A stretch of 64,000 nt of DNA from an archaeon. Its GTDB lineage: Archaea > Nanobdellota > Nanobdellia > Pacearchaeales > GW2011-AR1. Under the pieces are notes generated by a model. The model saw only the letters and a program-made list of their open reading frames with translations. It was not told where the DNA came from and searched no databases. The DNA is taken from assembly GCA_018657525.1 (NCBI GenBank), contig JABHWZ010000009.1:2855-66854 (forward strand). The letters are read 5' to 3'. This document shows, in pieces, positions 8,772 through 18,431 of this stretch. Each line of letters opens with the position of its first letter. Position 1 is the first letter of the stretch. Position numbers and translations under genes: made by a program.

Positions 8772-9047
8772 ATGGCAAGGATAAAATTTAGAAAAGGACA
8801 GCAGAGAAAGTTTTTACAAAAAGTTTTGAATAATGTTAATTCTCCTTCTTTAAGAGAGCTGGCTAACCGGATGGAAATTAATTATTCTAGTTTGAAAAAT
8901 TATTATTCTGAGTTAAGACTTTTACCAGATGATATATTCAAAAATTTATGTTTTTTAGGAAAGATTAGTTTTCAGGAATTAAATTTTGAAAGGGTTGAAG
9001 AAAGTTGGGGGCAGATTATGGGTGGAAAGAAATCAAAAAAGGGTTGA
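8772..9047 (+). CDS. small putative helix-turn-helix protein
   Basis: Start moved to ATG 8772 because the track's 5' part lies in repeat C1; SLRELANRMEINYSSLKNYYS looks like an HTH. Confidence 0.5.
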   Translation: MARIKFRKGQQRKFLQKVLNNVNSPSLRELANRMEINYSSLKNYYSELRLLPDDIFKNLCFLGKISFQELNFERVEESWGQIMGGKKSKKG

Positions 9048-9060
9048 TTGTTTTATTGTT

Positions 9061-9094
9061 AGTAAGTTAGTTAGATAGTAAGTAAGTTAGTAAG
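9061..9094. promoter_or_regulatory. direct repeats agtaagttagt(t/a)ag spaced 20 bp apart, upstream of an A/T box
   Basis: agtaagttag at 9061-9070 and 9081-9090, followed by catttaaaaac; lies between the HTH gene and the large-protein operon. Confidence 0.35.
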
Positions 9095-9141
9095 AAACAT
9101 TTAAAAACAAACTTTTCTTAATGATTTTTAGGAAAAAGAGA

Positions 9142-9288
9142 ATGAAAAAATATTTGCTTTTGGTTGAAAACGAAAAACTTTGGGAAAAGTTTAAATTAAG
9201 TATAAAAAAAGATATCAATAGTGAAATTTTAGATTTGATAAGAAAAAAAGTTGGAGATAATATTTCTCGGGGGCAAAAGAATGAATAA
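9142..9288 (+). CDS. small protein (48 aa), first gene of the large-protein operon
   Basis: MKKYLLLVENEKLWEKFKLSIKK...; its stop overlaps ATG 9281; below the track cutoff. Confidence 0.35.
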   Translation: MKKYLLLVENEKLWEKFKLSIKKDINSEILDLIRKKVGDNISRGQKNE

Positions 9289-11146
9289 AAGGGCAATGAA
9301 TTCACGAGGACAAATTGCTATCTTTGTAATAATTGGAATTTTGATTGTGGGGGGAGCAATTGCTTATTTTGTTTTAAGAGATTCTGTAGCGGGAGTGCAA
9401 GTGCCTGCAAATTTAGAACCAGTTTATTCTAATTTTTTAAATTGTTTGGAAGAAGATGTACTTGTTGGAATTGATATTCTGGAATCTCAGGGAGGCTATA
9501 TTACAATTCCAGACTTTGAACCAGGTTCGAATTATATGCCCTTTTCATCTCAATTGAATTTTTTAGGGAATGCAATTCCTTACTGGTATTATCTTTCTGG
9601 AAACAATATCCAACGGGAACAAGTGCCTAAAAAATCAGAAATGGAGTCTGCTCTCGAAGATTATCTGGAAAATAAAATACAAAATTGTGTTTATGATAAT
9701 CATTATCAAGATGGGTTTGAAATTATTCAAGGCAGTCCTAATGCTGAAATTAAAATTGAAAGAGAAAAGGTTTTTGTTAGTTTAGATATGGATTTAAGTA
9801 TTTCTAGATCGGAAGATAGCATTGTTGTTTCAAAGCATGATATTGAAGTGAAGTCTCAGATGGGAAAACTTTATGAGTCTGCATTGAAAATTTATAAACA
9901 AGAACAAGAAACTTTGTTTTTAGAAAATTACGCAGTGGATACTTTGAGATTGTATGCCCCTGTCGACGGTGTTGAGTTAACTTGTGCCCCGAAAATTTGG
10001 AATGCTGAAGAAGTCTTTGATGATTTGAAAGATGCAATAGAAGTTAATACTTTATCTTTGAGAAATAAAAATAATGATTTTATTTTGAGTGATAGTGCCA
10101 ATAAATATTTTGTTTTGGATTTGGGAGTTGATGAAAGTGTAAGATTTATTACTTCAAAAAATTGGCCAAGTGCTTTTGAGGTGGCACCTTCAGAGGGACC
10201 TGTTTTGAGGGCAAATCCAGTGGGGAATCAACCTGGCATGGGGATTATTGGATTTTGTTATGTTAAACATCACTTTGTTTATGGAGTTAAATATCCTGTT
10301 TTGATTCAGGTCTATTCGGAAGATGCTACTGAAATTTTTCAGTTTCCGATGGCAGTTGTAATTCAGGGGAATATCCCAAGGGAACCACTTAATATTAATC
10401 TTGCTGATGAAATTCCAAAAGAGTTTTGTAAAGATAAAAATAGCTTGATGCAAGTAAGTCTTTATGATTCTAATTTGAATTCTGTCGAGGGGAAGGTTGC
10501 TTATTCTTGCCTTGGAGAGGTGTGTGATATTGGGGCGACTTCTAATGGAGTCTTGGAGGATTATTTCCCACAGTGTGTGAATGGTTTTTTAATTGTGGAA
10601 GCAGAAGGTTTTGCAGATTCACATACAATGGTTTCTAGCGTGGATAGTTCTAGTGTTGATGTGATCCTTGATCGATTGTATGAAAGAGAAGTTGAGTTAA
10701 AACTTGATTCAAAAGTTTATGCCGAGCAAGCAATTGTTAGTTTTGTTTCAGATAAAGTTTCTGCTACAATTATTTATCCAGAACAGAAAAGCGTAGAACT
10801 TGTCGAGGGGCAGTATAATATTAGTGTTTCTGTATATCGAGAATCAGAGTTGAAAATTTCGGCAACAACTTCTCAACAGTGTTATGAGGTGCCTCGTTCG
10901 GGGTTGGGTGGATTGGTTGGTTTGACAGAGGAAGAATGTGTTGATTTGGAAATCCCGGAACAGATTTTATCAAATGCTTTGGCTGGAGGAGGTGTGCAGG
11001 CACATTATATTTTAGAAGGAGATTTACAAGCAAATGAAATAATTGAAATTAATGCAAAAAGTTTACCAACACCGAAGAGTCTGGAGGAATTGCAAGATAA
11101 TTATATTTTGTATGAAGAACAAAACTTGAGGATAAATTTTAAATGA
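9281..11146 (+). CDS. large exported hypothetical protein with N-terminal RGQ-hydrophobic anchor (class III signal-peptide-like)
   Basis: MNKRAMNSRGQIAIFVIIGILIVGGAIAYFVL; no recognised domain in the remaining ~590 aa; paired cysteines. Confidence 0.75.
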   Translation: MNKRAMNSRGQIAIFVIIGILIVGGAIAYFVLRDSVAGVQVPANLEPVYSNFLNCLEEDVLVGIDILESQGGYITIPDFEPGSNYMPFSSQLNFLGNAIPYWYYLSGNNIQREQVPKKSEMESALEDYLENKIQNCVYDNHYQDGFEIIQGSPNAEIKIEREKVFVSLDMDLSISRSEDSIVVSKHDIEVKSQMGKLYESALKIYKQEQETLFLENYAVDTLRLYAPVDGVELTCAPKIWNAEEVFDDLKDAIEVNTLSLRNKNNDFILSDSANKYFVLDLGVDESVRFITSKNWPSAFEVAPSEGPVLRANPVGNQPGMGIIGFCYVKHHFVYGVKYPVLIQVYSEDATEIFQFPMAVVIQGNIPREPLNINLADEIPKEFCKDKNSLMQVSLYDSNLNSVEGKVAYSCLGEVCDIGATSNGVLEDYFPQCVNGFLIVEAEGFADSHTMVSSVDSSSVDVILDRLYEREVELKLDSKVYAEQAIVSFVSDKVSATIIYPEQKSVELVEGQYNISVSVYRESELKISATTSQQCYEVPRSGLGGLVGLTEEECVDLEIPEQILSNALAGGGVQAHYILEGDLQANEIIEINAKSLPTPKSLEELQDNYILYEEQNLRINFK

Positions 11147-11180
11147 TAAATAAAATTCAATTAAATAAAAGGAGTAAAAA

Positions 11181-11282
11181 ATGAAAAAACAAACAAAAAA
11201 AGTGTTGGATTCTGTGTTGTGGATATTGGGAATTCTTGCAATACTAATGCTGTTGTATGGAATCTTTAAGACATTTATATAA
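11181..11282 (+). CDS. small membrane protein (33 aa)
   Basis: ggag RBS 9 nt upstream; single TM VLWILGILAILMLLYGIF. Confidence 0.35.
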   Translation: MKKQTKKVLDSVLWILGILAILMLLYGIFKTFI

Positions 11283-11283
11283 A

Positions 11284-11454
11284 ATGGATAATGAAGTATT
11301 GAACTGGATTGGAAATGCGCTAAATTTTTTAATTTTAGTTTATCTTATCCGTACGAATATTATTTTGGGTAGTTTTAATTTCGAGCAAAGCTTAATTGCT
11401 ACTTTTGGATTGTTTGTTGCAGTTTTGATTCAACTTTATAATATAAAAAAATGA
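11284..11454 (+). CDS. small membrane protein (56 aa)
   Basis: Two hydrophobic segments; ATGA overlap with the 1998-aa gene. Confidence 0.4.
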   Translation: MDNEVLNWIGNALNFLILVYLIRTNIILGSFNFEQSLIATFGLFVAVLIQLYNIKK

Positions 11455-14400
11455 TAAATAAAAGAATTTTGTTGGTTGGAATGTTTTTGATATTTGGGAT
11501 ATTTTTATTTGGCGGGGTTAATGCAGCTTATTCAAGTGCGACTCCACAAATTAGTTCTTTTGGGGGAGGGTCTTCTTCATATTTGGCAAAACAAGGAATT
11601 AATTTATTCCCGACAGGGATTGGTGAAAATGGTCAGTGTGGTGCGGGGCAGGATTTTGTTTTACAGATTCATCCGTTAGGATGTAGCCCGAGTTTGGTGA
11701 CTTCTGATTTATTGGAGGAACAGAATGTTCCTGTTTTTTGTCCGATTGTTGCAACGCAAATAAATCCTTTAATTAAAATTAATGCAATTGATTCTATGAT
11801 TTTTTCTGGAACTTATCCTCCAGAGATTTCTGGAATTGGTTTTCATCCGGCTAATGCGGCTGTGTCTGGGCCGGGCAATGATTTGTTGAATTATCCTGTT
11901 TTAGAAAATGTCGGTTATGCAGTAATTGTTTTGAATAGAAATGAGAATGAATCTTCGATGCCGGATTATGTAGAAGGGAATTTGACTGCTAAGATTAGAT
12001 ATGATATTGAAAACGCATTTGGCTTTGGGGATTTTAGAACTTCTATTCCGATAATGAGTGATGTTGAATGGGATGCAAGATATAATGAATTTAATTTTTG
12101 GCAAGGGAAAGGGTTTGTGCGAGTTATGGATATTGATGGGGAAAAGGCAAGTGTTGCGGTGTATGAAGATAAAGATAGAAGGATAGCTAATTTTGATTTA
12201 AAGGTCGGAGAGAGTTCTAGGAAGATTTATCTTGGAGGAAGCTACTGCCTCGCTGGTCTGCAGGTAAAGTTGGAAAATTTGGAGAATCCAGATACAAAGG
12301 TTCGGTTAAAGGTGGATGAAGATTATTTTGAGGTGGGAGTGGGTGAGAAGTTTTTAGAGAATCGATGTACTGTTAATAATATTCAGAAAACAGGTTTATC
12401 AAAGTCAACACAAATTACTTGTAAAGATGACGATAGTTCAAGAAAAGTTTTAAATTTTGAGATTAATCCACAGATAAGTTTGAAGGTTGGAGATAAAGAG
12501 AAGAATTATGTTTTAGGAGATAATTTTAAAATTGGAGAACAAACTTATTATATAACTTATTTGGATTTGGCTGGAAAGTCTACAAATGAAAATTTAATTG
12601 TTTGGATTGCTAGTTTAGATGAGGCTGATACTAAAAAATATGTTAATAATGGAAAATTGAATTCAAGAGGAATTGATGTTTTTTATGAGAATGTTATTTC
12701 AAAACAGGAGGAAGATTTTACTAAGGGGAAAGTGTCAAATAAGAATGTTTGGAAATTAGTTTATGGAAGTAATAATTATGCTAATGTTAATGTCGATGTT
12801 AAAGGATTTGCTAAGTTAGGGGGAACAGGAGAGGAAGGAGTAAATAATGCATGTTCTGATGCTCAAGATTGGTGTCCTCATTTTTTGAATGCTGTTAATC
12901 TTTATAGTGAGGAGTCTGTAAATATTATTAAAGAGGGAAAGGAAGTTAAATATTCTGAACCCGGACTTTTATTTTATAAAAATATTGGGCAGGTTGATAA
13001 ATATAGCTCTCAAATTTCTGGGTTAGAAACTTATACTGAGAAAGGAATTAAAGAGGGGATTGAGTTAGCGATGAAAGTGGAGGATTATGCGAGGAGAGAT
13101 AATTTGATTAGAATTCTTTTAGATAATTTTAATACTAAGGCTAATCAGTTGTATGTTGAAAATAAAATTAATAATTATTATTTGAGTAATTCTGCTGGGC
13201 TTCGAGTAAGCGAGAGTATTTATATTTCGGGCCAGCATAGGGATATAGAATTTGTAGATATTTATCAACCGGGTTTTGAAGATTATGGTGTGGAATTGCA
13301 AATTAGTGGAACCGGAGATAAGATTCGTTTGAGTAAGAATTCTCCGAGTTATTTGTTTAAAGGAAAGATTATTGAATTAGTCGAGTTAAAGGAAAATGAA
13401 GTTAAGCTTAGCACCAATATTGAATCTACTGAACAGAATTCAAGAAATATAATTATTTTGAAACAAGGTGAGGTGAAATCTTTTGTTTTAGAAGAAGGTG
13501 AGATAGAAAATAAATATTCCCTTAAAATAAATAAAATTAATTTAAACAAAGTTGCGAAGGTTAGTGTTTTAGCGAATATTGATAGGACTGGAACTGATGC
13601 AAATATAAGTTTTAAAATTGGAATTGAAAAGCGGGCGATTGATTTGAGTCCGGAGAGAATTGAAAAAATGATTGATAGTTTAAATGAGAGTTTAGTTAAA
13701 TGGGAAGAGAGGTCAGAAAAATTAGGAAACGTCGTCGATGGTTTACAAAAAGCGTGTATTGTAACTGCAGGAGTTTTGACGGTTAAGAATTTATTTTTGC
13801 AGGCAGGAGGGCAGGTAAAAGCAAGAAAGCAAACTATGGAAGATATTAGAGTCTTTTGTAAAAAGACTGATAAATATAAGGGAGATATTCAAGATTGTAT
13901 AAATCAGAAAGGAGAATTGATTGATCAATTACAGAAGACAAACGAAAAGATTGTAAAAGAGCAGGATGCTCGAAGTAAAGAGATAAAGGAAAATTTAGAG
14001 AAAAAGAAATTAGAAGAAGGGCAGAATTATGACACTGAATTTAAGAAAGAATATATTGAAGTAAAAGGATATCAAAAGGAATTGGATGGGCAGTTTGTTT
14101 CAATTGATGAAATGATGGAATATGATTCTTGTAAACAGAGGTTGGTGAAAGATTCTTATTCTACGGGGGTTCTGAAAGAAAAATGTGAGGATGTTGTGAA
14201 GAAGTATGAAACGCAGGTGAGCGAAGCCAAGGCCGTAGAGAATGCAAGATTAGAACGAGAGGGAGAGATTGGGCTAGTAGTTAGCGGAGTTCCAAGTGTT
14301 TTGGCCTTTGCTCCTAAAAATGCTCATTCAGGGATTTGGTCTGGTCAAACTACTGAGGGGAGCAAGATTTCTAATGAATTTTCAGGGGAAAAAAATGTTC

Positions 14401-17400
14401 AGTTTGTTACTCTTTCTGGGGAAGATTATGTTTTAGTTTTAGCAGATAATCCGGATGCAAAAGGAAGGTATTCAGTTACTGATGCTTATAAGTATCAGGG
14501 ACTTAGTGGAGGTTCATTTAAGGGATGGGAAAAAAGTGACACTTTGAAATCTAAATTTATTTTTACAAAAGCAGGTCAGTATAAAACTCCAATTAATAAT
14601 CCTCAAGTGAGATATTTTGGTGCGGCGCCTGATAAAGATTTTCCTGCGATTGTTCCTTTTCCTTATCCTTCTCGGGAGAATAATGGTTATTATGTTGGGG
14701 TAAGGCATAAAACTGTGACTGGGCAATATGCTAAGTCTGGAGAGGCAAAGAGTTATTATGTTTGTAATGCAATGGATGGGGAAATTGATTTTAATCCAGA
14801 GAATCAACAGTTTATGGGGGGAGATAAGTGTATTGGAGTGAATCTTGTTGGAACTAATTTAGTGACTTCGCAAAAGGCGTTTGGTTTATCTGAAGCACAG
14901 ACGAAAGATGTAGTTAGTGCGGCATCGAGGGCAATTAATGAGGCGCAGAGAAAAGTTGGTTCTTCAGCTAAAGGGAGTATTTTGGGGATGGATGTGAATT
15001 TTGGCGACGCTGTATTTAGTACTCCACAAATGCAATGTCAGGATTTTATGTCTCCAACTGATTGTGCTTGGTTATTTAATTTATGTGACCCAGTAATTTG
15101 TCCTGCTTCAAGATGTGATTTTGGAGGTGCAATGCCTGTGGCTGACCCTATTCAGTCTGGGATAATTGGAAGTTTGATTTTATGCTTGCCAAATTTTAAA
15201 ATTGATCCAATGAAAGGTGTTTTGATGCCTGTTTGTTTGACTGGTTTGAAAGCAGGGATGGATGGTTATATTTCAGTTGTTAAGAGTCACAGAGATTGTT
15301 TGATTGAGAAAAAAGAGACTGGGAAAACTGTTGGAATTTGTGATGAGGTTTATAGTTATAATTTGTGTCAGTTATTTTGGCAACAGGTTGCTCCGTTAAA
15401 GGATTTGTTAATTCCTAAGCTTTTGCAATTGTTAACTGGAGGAGGTTTGGGAAGAGGGGGAGGAGAGTATACTAATGCTGCTGCTGCTTGGCAGAATGCG
15501 AGAGATTCTTTGAGTTTTTTTACTCAAAATTATGCTACTACTGCTTATCAAACTTTTAAAGTTCAAGCGGTTGATGAATTACAAAATGAAGTTTGTAAAA
15601 ATTCTATTTCGTCAGTTATCCCTGAGATAGGAGTTTTGAATTCTATGGTTGAGCCGAGTTCGCCGCCTCAATTCCACGCTAAATTTGATGAGGTTTTGTT
15701 TACAGATGCTACTGTGCCACCAATTTCAAAATATAAGGTGTTCTACCATGTATTTGCTGGAAAGAGCTCTGGAGTAAGTTATCAGGTCTATTTGAAGGCA
15801 TCTAGCGAGGGGATTTCACTTTACAAGATTAATCCAACTTATGTTGTGAATAGTGGGTTTATTCCTTTGGGAGAGAGTGCGACTGAGACAAAAGATTTTA
15901 CTGCGCCGACAGGATATGTTGAATTGTGTGTTCGGGTTAATAACCAAGAAGAGTGCGGATTTAAACAGGTGACGACTTCGTTGGCTTTGGATTATCTTAA
16001 TGATCAATTTGTGCAAAATGAAGTAGAGAATACTGAGATTAAAACAGAGGTAGAGTGTATTTCAGGAGGGAATAATATTTACAGCTTTGTGAGTCCGAAT
16101 TTGCAAGGGGGGGCAACTGAATTTGCTAATCCAGATATTTCTCAGCGAGGGATAACCCGTGTTTGTTCAAGTGGAGTTCCGGATGGATTGGTGGAAGAAA
16201 TGAGCAAGTGGGTGAGAGTGGGATATTGTGATGATACAAATTTGGGATGTTGGATTGATAAAGACAGCGTCGAGAATGCAATTACTTTTGCTGGGGCAGA
16301 AGAAGAAACACTTTCAAAATTAAGTTCTGAAACCTTAAATAGATTAGCGGGAGGAAGTATGAATATTGAGGCATATAATAATAATGTGGAGAAAGTTAAA
16401 TTAAATATTGCAGAGATTGAGAAAAGTGGTGATAGAACAAAGGAAACACAAACTGTTAGATTAATTGAACAAACAGCTTTGGTTTCAACTTATTTTACTC
16501 AAGTTCCATTTGATTGGCAGAAGGCAGAGCTGACTTATTTGAAGGCGAGGATTTATGATGTTTTGACAAGGTTAGTTTATAATAAAGAGAGTGGGGAGAG
16601 TCAGGGGGTTGCTCCTTTAACTGATAAAGAGAAAGAATTGATTAATGCTGCAAAAGAGGACAATATTGATAAGGTTCGTTCATTAATTGAGGATGGAGCA
16701 AATGTTAATGCTAAAGATAATGAGGGATTTACTGCATTATTCTATGCTTTAGAACTGAATTATTTTGATATTGTTAATTCATTAATTGATAATGGAGCAG
16801 ATGTTAATACTAATGGGAAAGGGGGAGTGACCCCATTAATCTACGCCTCTTTTTATGGCTATGAAGATTTTGTTAATTCATTAATTGAAAAAGGAGTAGA
16901 TAATTTCAATGCTCAGACTGATGTAGGGATGACTGCCCTAATTCATGCATCACGACAGGGTTATGAGAATATTGCGCAATTATTGATTGAAAAAGGGGCA
17001 GATGTTAATGTTAAAGATGATAAGGGAAATACTGCTTTAATGTATGCTAAGGATGGAGGTTATGAGAATATTGTGCAATTATTGATTGATAATGGGGCAG
17101 AGAGCTCTACTGAAGGTGAAGGGGATCTAGTTGAAGTGACTAGTCCAAAATTGGATAAGGAGAAGACAGGGTTTTATGATGGAGATATTAAAATTCGTTC
17201 AGTAGATTATGGAAAAACAGTAATTTTTAAAATCGTTACTTCTGGGTCTAATTGTGATAAAATTTCATATGACTTTTACAAAAGAGGAATTTTATCAAAT
17301 AATAAATTAAAGCCTTTGAATGAACAATCCTTTTCTTTTAAGAATCTTGTTGTTGGAAATTATTATGTTGATAATATTGTTTGTAAGGTTGGGGGCAAAA

Positions 17401-17447
17401 TCAGGGAAGATTTTGATCCTAAGATATTTGATTTAACTGTGAAATGA
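11451..17447 (+). CDS. giant secreted protein (1998 aa): Sec signal peptide, coiled-coil segment, Cys-rich hydrophobic core, about five ankyrin repeats, C-terminal beta-rich domain
   Basis: MINKRILLVGMFLIFGIFLFGGVNA-AYSS; ankyrin consensus (G.TALxxAxxxGxxxIVxxLIxxGADVN) at aa ~1730-1883; uninterrupted 6-kb ORF. Confidence 0.85.
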   Translation: MINKRILLVGMFLIFGIFLFGGVNAAYSSATPQISSFGGGSSSYLAKQGINLFPTGIGENGQCGAGQDFVLQIHPLGCSPSLVTSDLLEEQNVPVFCPIVATQINPLIKINAIDSMIFSGTYPPEISGIGFHPANAAVSGPGNDLLNYPVLENVGYAVIVLNRNENESSMPDYVEGNLTAKIRYDIENAFGFGDFRTSIPIMSDVEWDARYNEFNFWQGKGFVRVMDIDGEKASVAVYEDKDRRIANFDLKVGESSRKIYLGGSYCLAGLQVKLENLENPDTKVRLKVDEDYFEVGVGEKFLENRCTVNNIQKTGLSKSTQITCKDDDSSRKVLNFEINPQISLKVGDKEKNYVLGDNFKIGEQTYYITYLDLAGKSTNENLIVWIASLDEADTKKYVNNGKLNSRGIDVFYENVISKQEEDFTKGKVSNKNVWKLVYGSNNYANVNVDVKGFAKLGGTGEEGVNNACSDAQDWCPHFLNAVNLYSEESVNIIKEGKEVKYSEPGLLFYKNIGQVDKYSSQISGLETYTEKGIKEGIELAMKVEDYARRDNLIRILLDNFNTKANQLYVENKINNYYLSNSAGLRVSESIYISGQHRDIEFVDIYQPGFEDYGVELQISGTGDKIRLSKNSPSYLFKGKIIELVELKENEVKLSTNIESTEQNSRNIIILKQGEVKSFVLEEGEIENKYSLKINKINLNKVAKVSVLANIDRTGTDANISFKIGIEKRAIDLSPERIEKMIDSLNESLVKWEERSEKLGNVVDGLQKACIVTAGVLTVKNLFLQAGGQVKARKQTMEDIRVFCKKTDKYKGDIQDCINQKGELIDQLQKTNEKIVKEQDARSKEIKENLEKKKLEEGQNYDTEFKKEYIEVKGYQKELDGQFVSIDEMMEYDSCKQRLVKDSYSTGVLKEKCEDVVKKYETQVSEAKAVENARLEREGEIGLVVSGVPSVLAFAPKNAHSGIWSGQTTEGSKISNEFSGEKNVQFVTLSGEDYVLVLADNPDAKGRYSVTDAYKYQGLSGGSFKGWEKSDTLKSKFIFTKAGQYKTPINNPQVRYFGAAPDKDFPAIVPFPYPSRENNGYYVGVRHKTVTGQYAKSGEAKSYYVCNAMDGEIDFNPENQQFMGGDKCIGVNLVGTNLVTSQKAFGLSEAQTKDVVSAASRAINEAQRKVGSSAKGSILGMDVNFGDAVFSTPQMQCQDFMSPTDCAWLFNLCDPVICPASRCDFGGAMPVADPIQSGIIGSLILCLPNFKIDPMKGVLMPVCLTGLKAGMDGYISVVKSHRDCLIEKKETGKTVGICDEVYSYNLCQLFWQQVAPLKDLLIPKLLQLLTGGGLGRGGGEYTNAAAAWQNARDSLSFFTQNYATTAYQTFKVQAVDELQNEVCKNSISSVIPEIGVLNSMVEPSSPPQFHAKFDEVLFTDATVPPISKYKVFYHVFAGKSSGVSYQVYLKASSEGISLYKINPTYVVNSGFIPLGESATETKDFTAPTGYVELCVRVNNQEECGFKQVTTSLALDYLNDQFVQNEVENTEIKTEVECISGGNNIYSFVSPNLQGGATEFANPDISQRGITRVCSSGVPDGLVEEMSKWVRVGYCDDTNLGCWIDKDSVENAITFAGAEEETLSKLSSETLNRLAGGSMNIEAYNNNVEKVKLNIAEIEKSGDRTKETQTVRLIEQTALVSTYFTQVPFDWQKAELTYLKARIYDVLTRLVYNKESGESQGVAPLTDKEKELINAAKEDNIDKVRSLIEDGANVNAKDNEGFTALFYALELNYFDIVNSLIDNGADVNTNGKGGVTPLIYASFYGYEDFVNSLIEKGVDNFNAQTDVGMTALIHASRQGYENIAQLLIEKGADVNVKDDKGNTALMYAKDGGYENIVQLLIDNGAESSTEGEGDLVEVTSPKLDKEKTGFYDGDIKIRSVDYGKTVIFKIVTSGSNCDKISYDFYKRGILSNNKLKPLNEQSFSFKNLVVGNYYVDNIVCKVGGKIREDFDPKIFDLTVK

Positions 17448-17707
17448 TTTATTTTGTTTTGTTAATGTTCAGAGTTTTTTGAGGAAATATTTCGTTTTTT
17501 TATTTGTGGCTCTAAAAAAAATAAGATAAATATAAAAAGGTCTTTTTCTTGAAATAATTTATGGCTATAGCTAATAGAATTTTGCTGAATAGAATTCTTT
17601 TAGTCGTGGCCTTAATTAAATAGTCTAAAAGCTGTTCGATTTCTGCTTTTGGATGATTTTTTATTCTAAACAGATTTCTATGCTTAAGACTGCAACAGGA
17701 GGTTAAA

Positions 17708-17971
17708 ATGGATTATAAAACAGAAGAATGGTCTGACTATGAGGCAGATTGGTGGGGATTTGAAAAAGAATCATCTTTGTCAGTTGGAAAACAATCCTCT
17801 CAAGAACCTTTTGCTAACCCAAAAGATTCTGCTGACAAATATTTGGTTATTTTAGAAACAGCACTAGGTATTTCTCTAGAGAATAGACAAATTATACAAA
17901 TGATAATGGACAATCCCAAGATGAGTTTTGATATGAAAAATGTTAAGATTCATAGAAGGATTTTTGGGTAA
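17708..17971 (+). CDS. hypothetical protein
   Basis: aggagg RBS, ATG start, followed by a hairpin terminator. Confidence 0.45.
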   Translation: MDYKTEEWSDYEADWWGFEKESSLSVGKQSSQEPFANPKDSADKYLVILETALGISLENRQIIQMIMDNPKMSFDMKNVKIHRRIFG

Positions 17972-17991
17972 GGTTTATAATTTTAAATTAT

Positions 17992-18019
17992 GGGGCGAAA
18001 GCCCCTTTTTCTTTTTTTT
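17992..18019 (+). terminator. hairpin GGGGC-GAAA-GCCCC followed by a T-run
   Basis: Read directly at 17992-18005, with a T-rich tract to 18019. Confidence 0.6.
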
Positions 18020-18067
18020 AAAAGTTTTTTAAGCTGAGTTATACTACTTTTTTCATGCGGGTATGCC
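18020..18067 (+). repeat. copy 1 of the tRNA-Leu promoter plus tRNA positions 1-11
   Basis: aaaagttttttaagctgagttatactacttttttcatgcgggtatgcc is identical at 18020, 18244 and 18395. Confidence 0.9.
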
Positions 18068-18243
18068 TCCGAGCTTGCAATCTCAATTTGTAATATTTAG
18101 ATACTTTTTTGGTTGTTCTATTTTAGAATTCAAAATCCTCCTTCCATCCCCCTCCCTCCCGCCCGGAGGAAAAGTAATTATTGAATTCTAAAATTATTAA
18201 TTGGTTTAAATAAAGTCAAACTTGTTCTCCCACCCCTCAATTC

Positions 18244-18291
18244 AAAAGTTTTTTAAGCTGAGTTATACTACTTTTTTCATGCGGGTATGCC
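18244..18291 (+). repeat. copy 2 of the tRNA-Leu promoter plus tRNA positions 1-11
   Basis: Same 48-mer as 18020-18067 and 18395-18442. Confidence 0.9.
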
Positions 18292-18365
18292 TCCGAGCTC
18301 CCAACCCTGATTTTTTCCCATTACCCCTTTTTTATTTGAATAAACCCAAAATCAAAGTTGCTCGG
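18292..18365 (+). repeat. family B module, tRNA-Leu locus
   Basis: tccgagctcccaaccctgattttttcccattaccccttttttatttgaataaacccaaaatcaaagttgctcgg is about 88 percent identical to 22626-22697. Confidence 0.85.
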
Positions 18366-18394
18366 GTCAAACTTGTTCTCCCACCCCTCAATTC

Positions 18395-18431
18395 AAAAGT
18401 TTTTTAAGCTGAGTTATACTACTTTTTTCAT
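18395..18431 (+). promoter_or_regulatory. tRNA-Leu promoter (BRE/TATA-like aaaagttttttaagc about 27-37 nt upstream of the tRNA 5' end)
   Basis: A/T box at the canonical archaeal distance; a similar aaaagtt box lies upstream of tRNA-Cys. Confidence 0.5.

Noticed and set aside
16638-17099. Ankyrin repeats as a sign of eukaryotic contamination or a chimeric assembly
   Set aside because: The repeats lie inside one uninterrupted 6-kb ORF with the same AT-rich codon usage as its flanks, and they are embedded in an archaeal gene context.
18222-18407. ORF-track ORFs lying in the tRNA-flanking and family C repeats (18222-18407, 22612-22938, 45351-45560, 61646-61879, and the 5' parts of 8697-9047 and 46562-46792)
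   Set aside because: They are composed of duplicated promoter, tRNA-fragment or hairpin sequence. They cross tRNA genes or repeat boundaries and have no RBS or protein-like composition.
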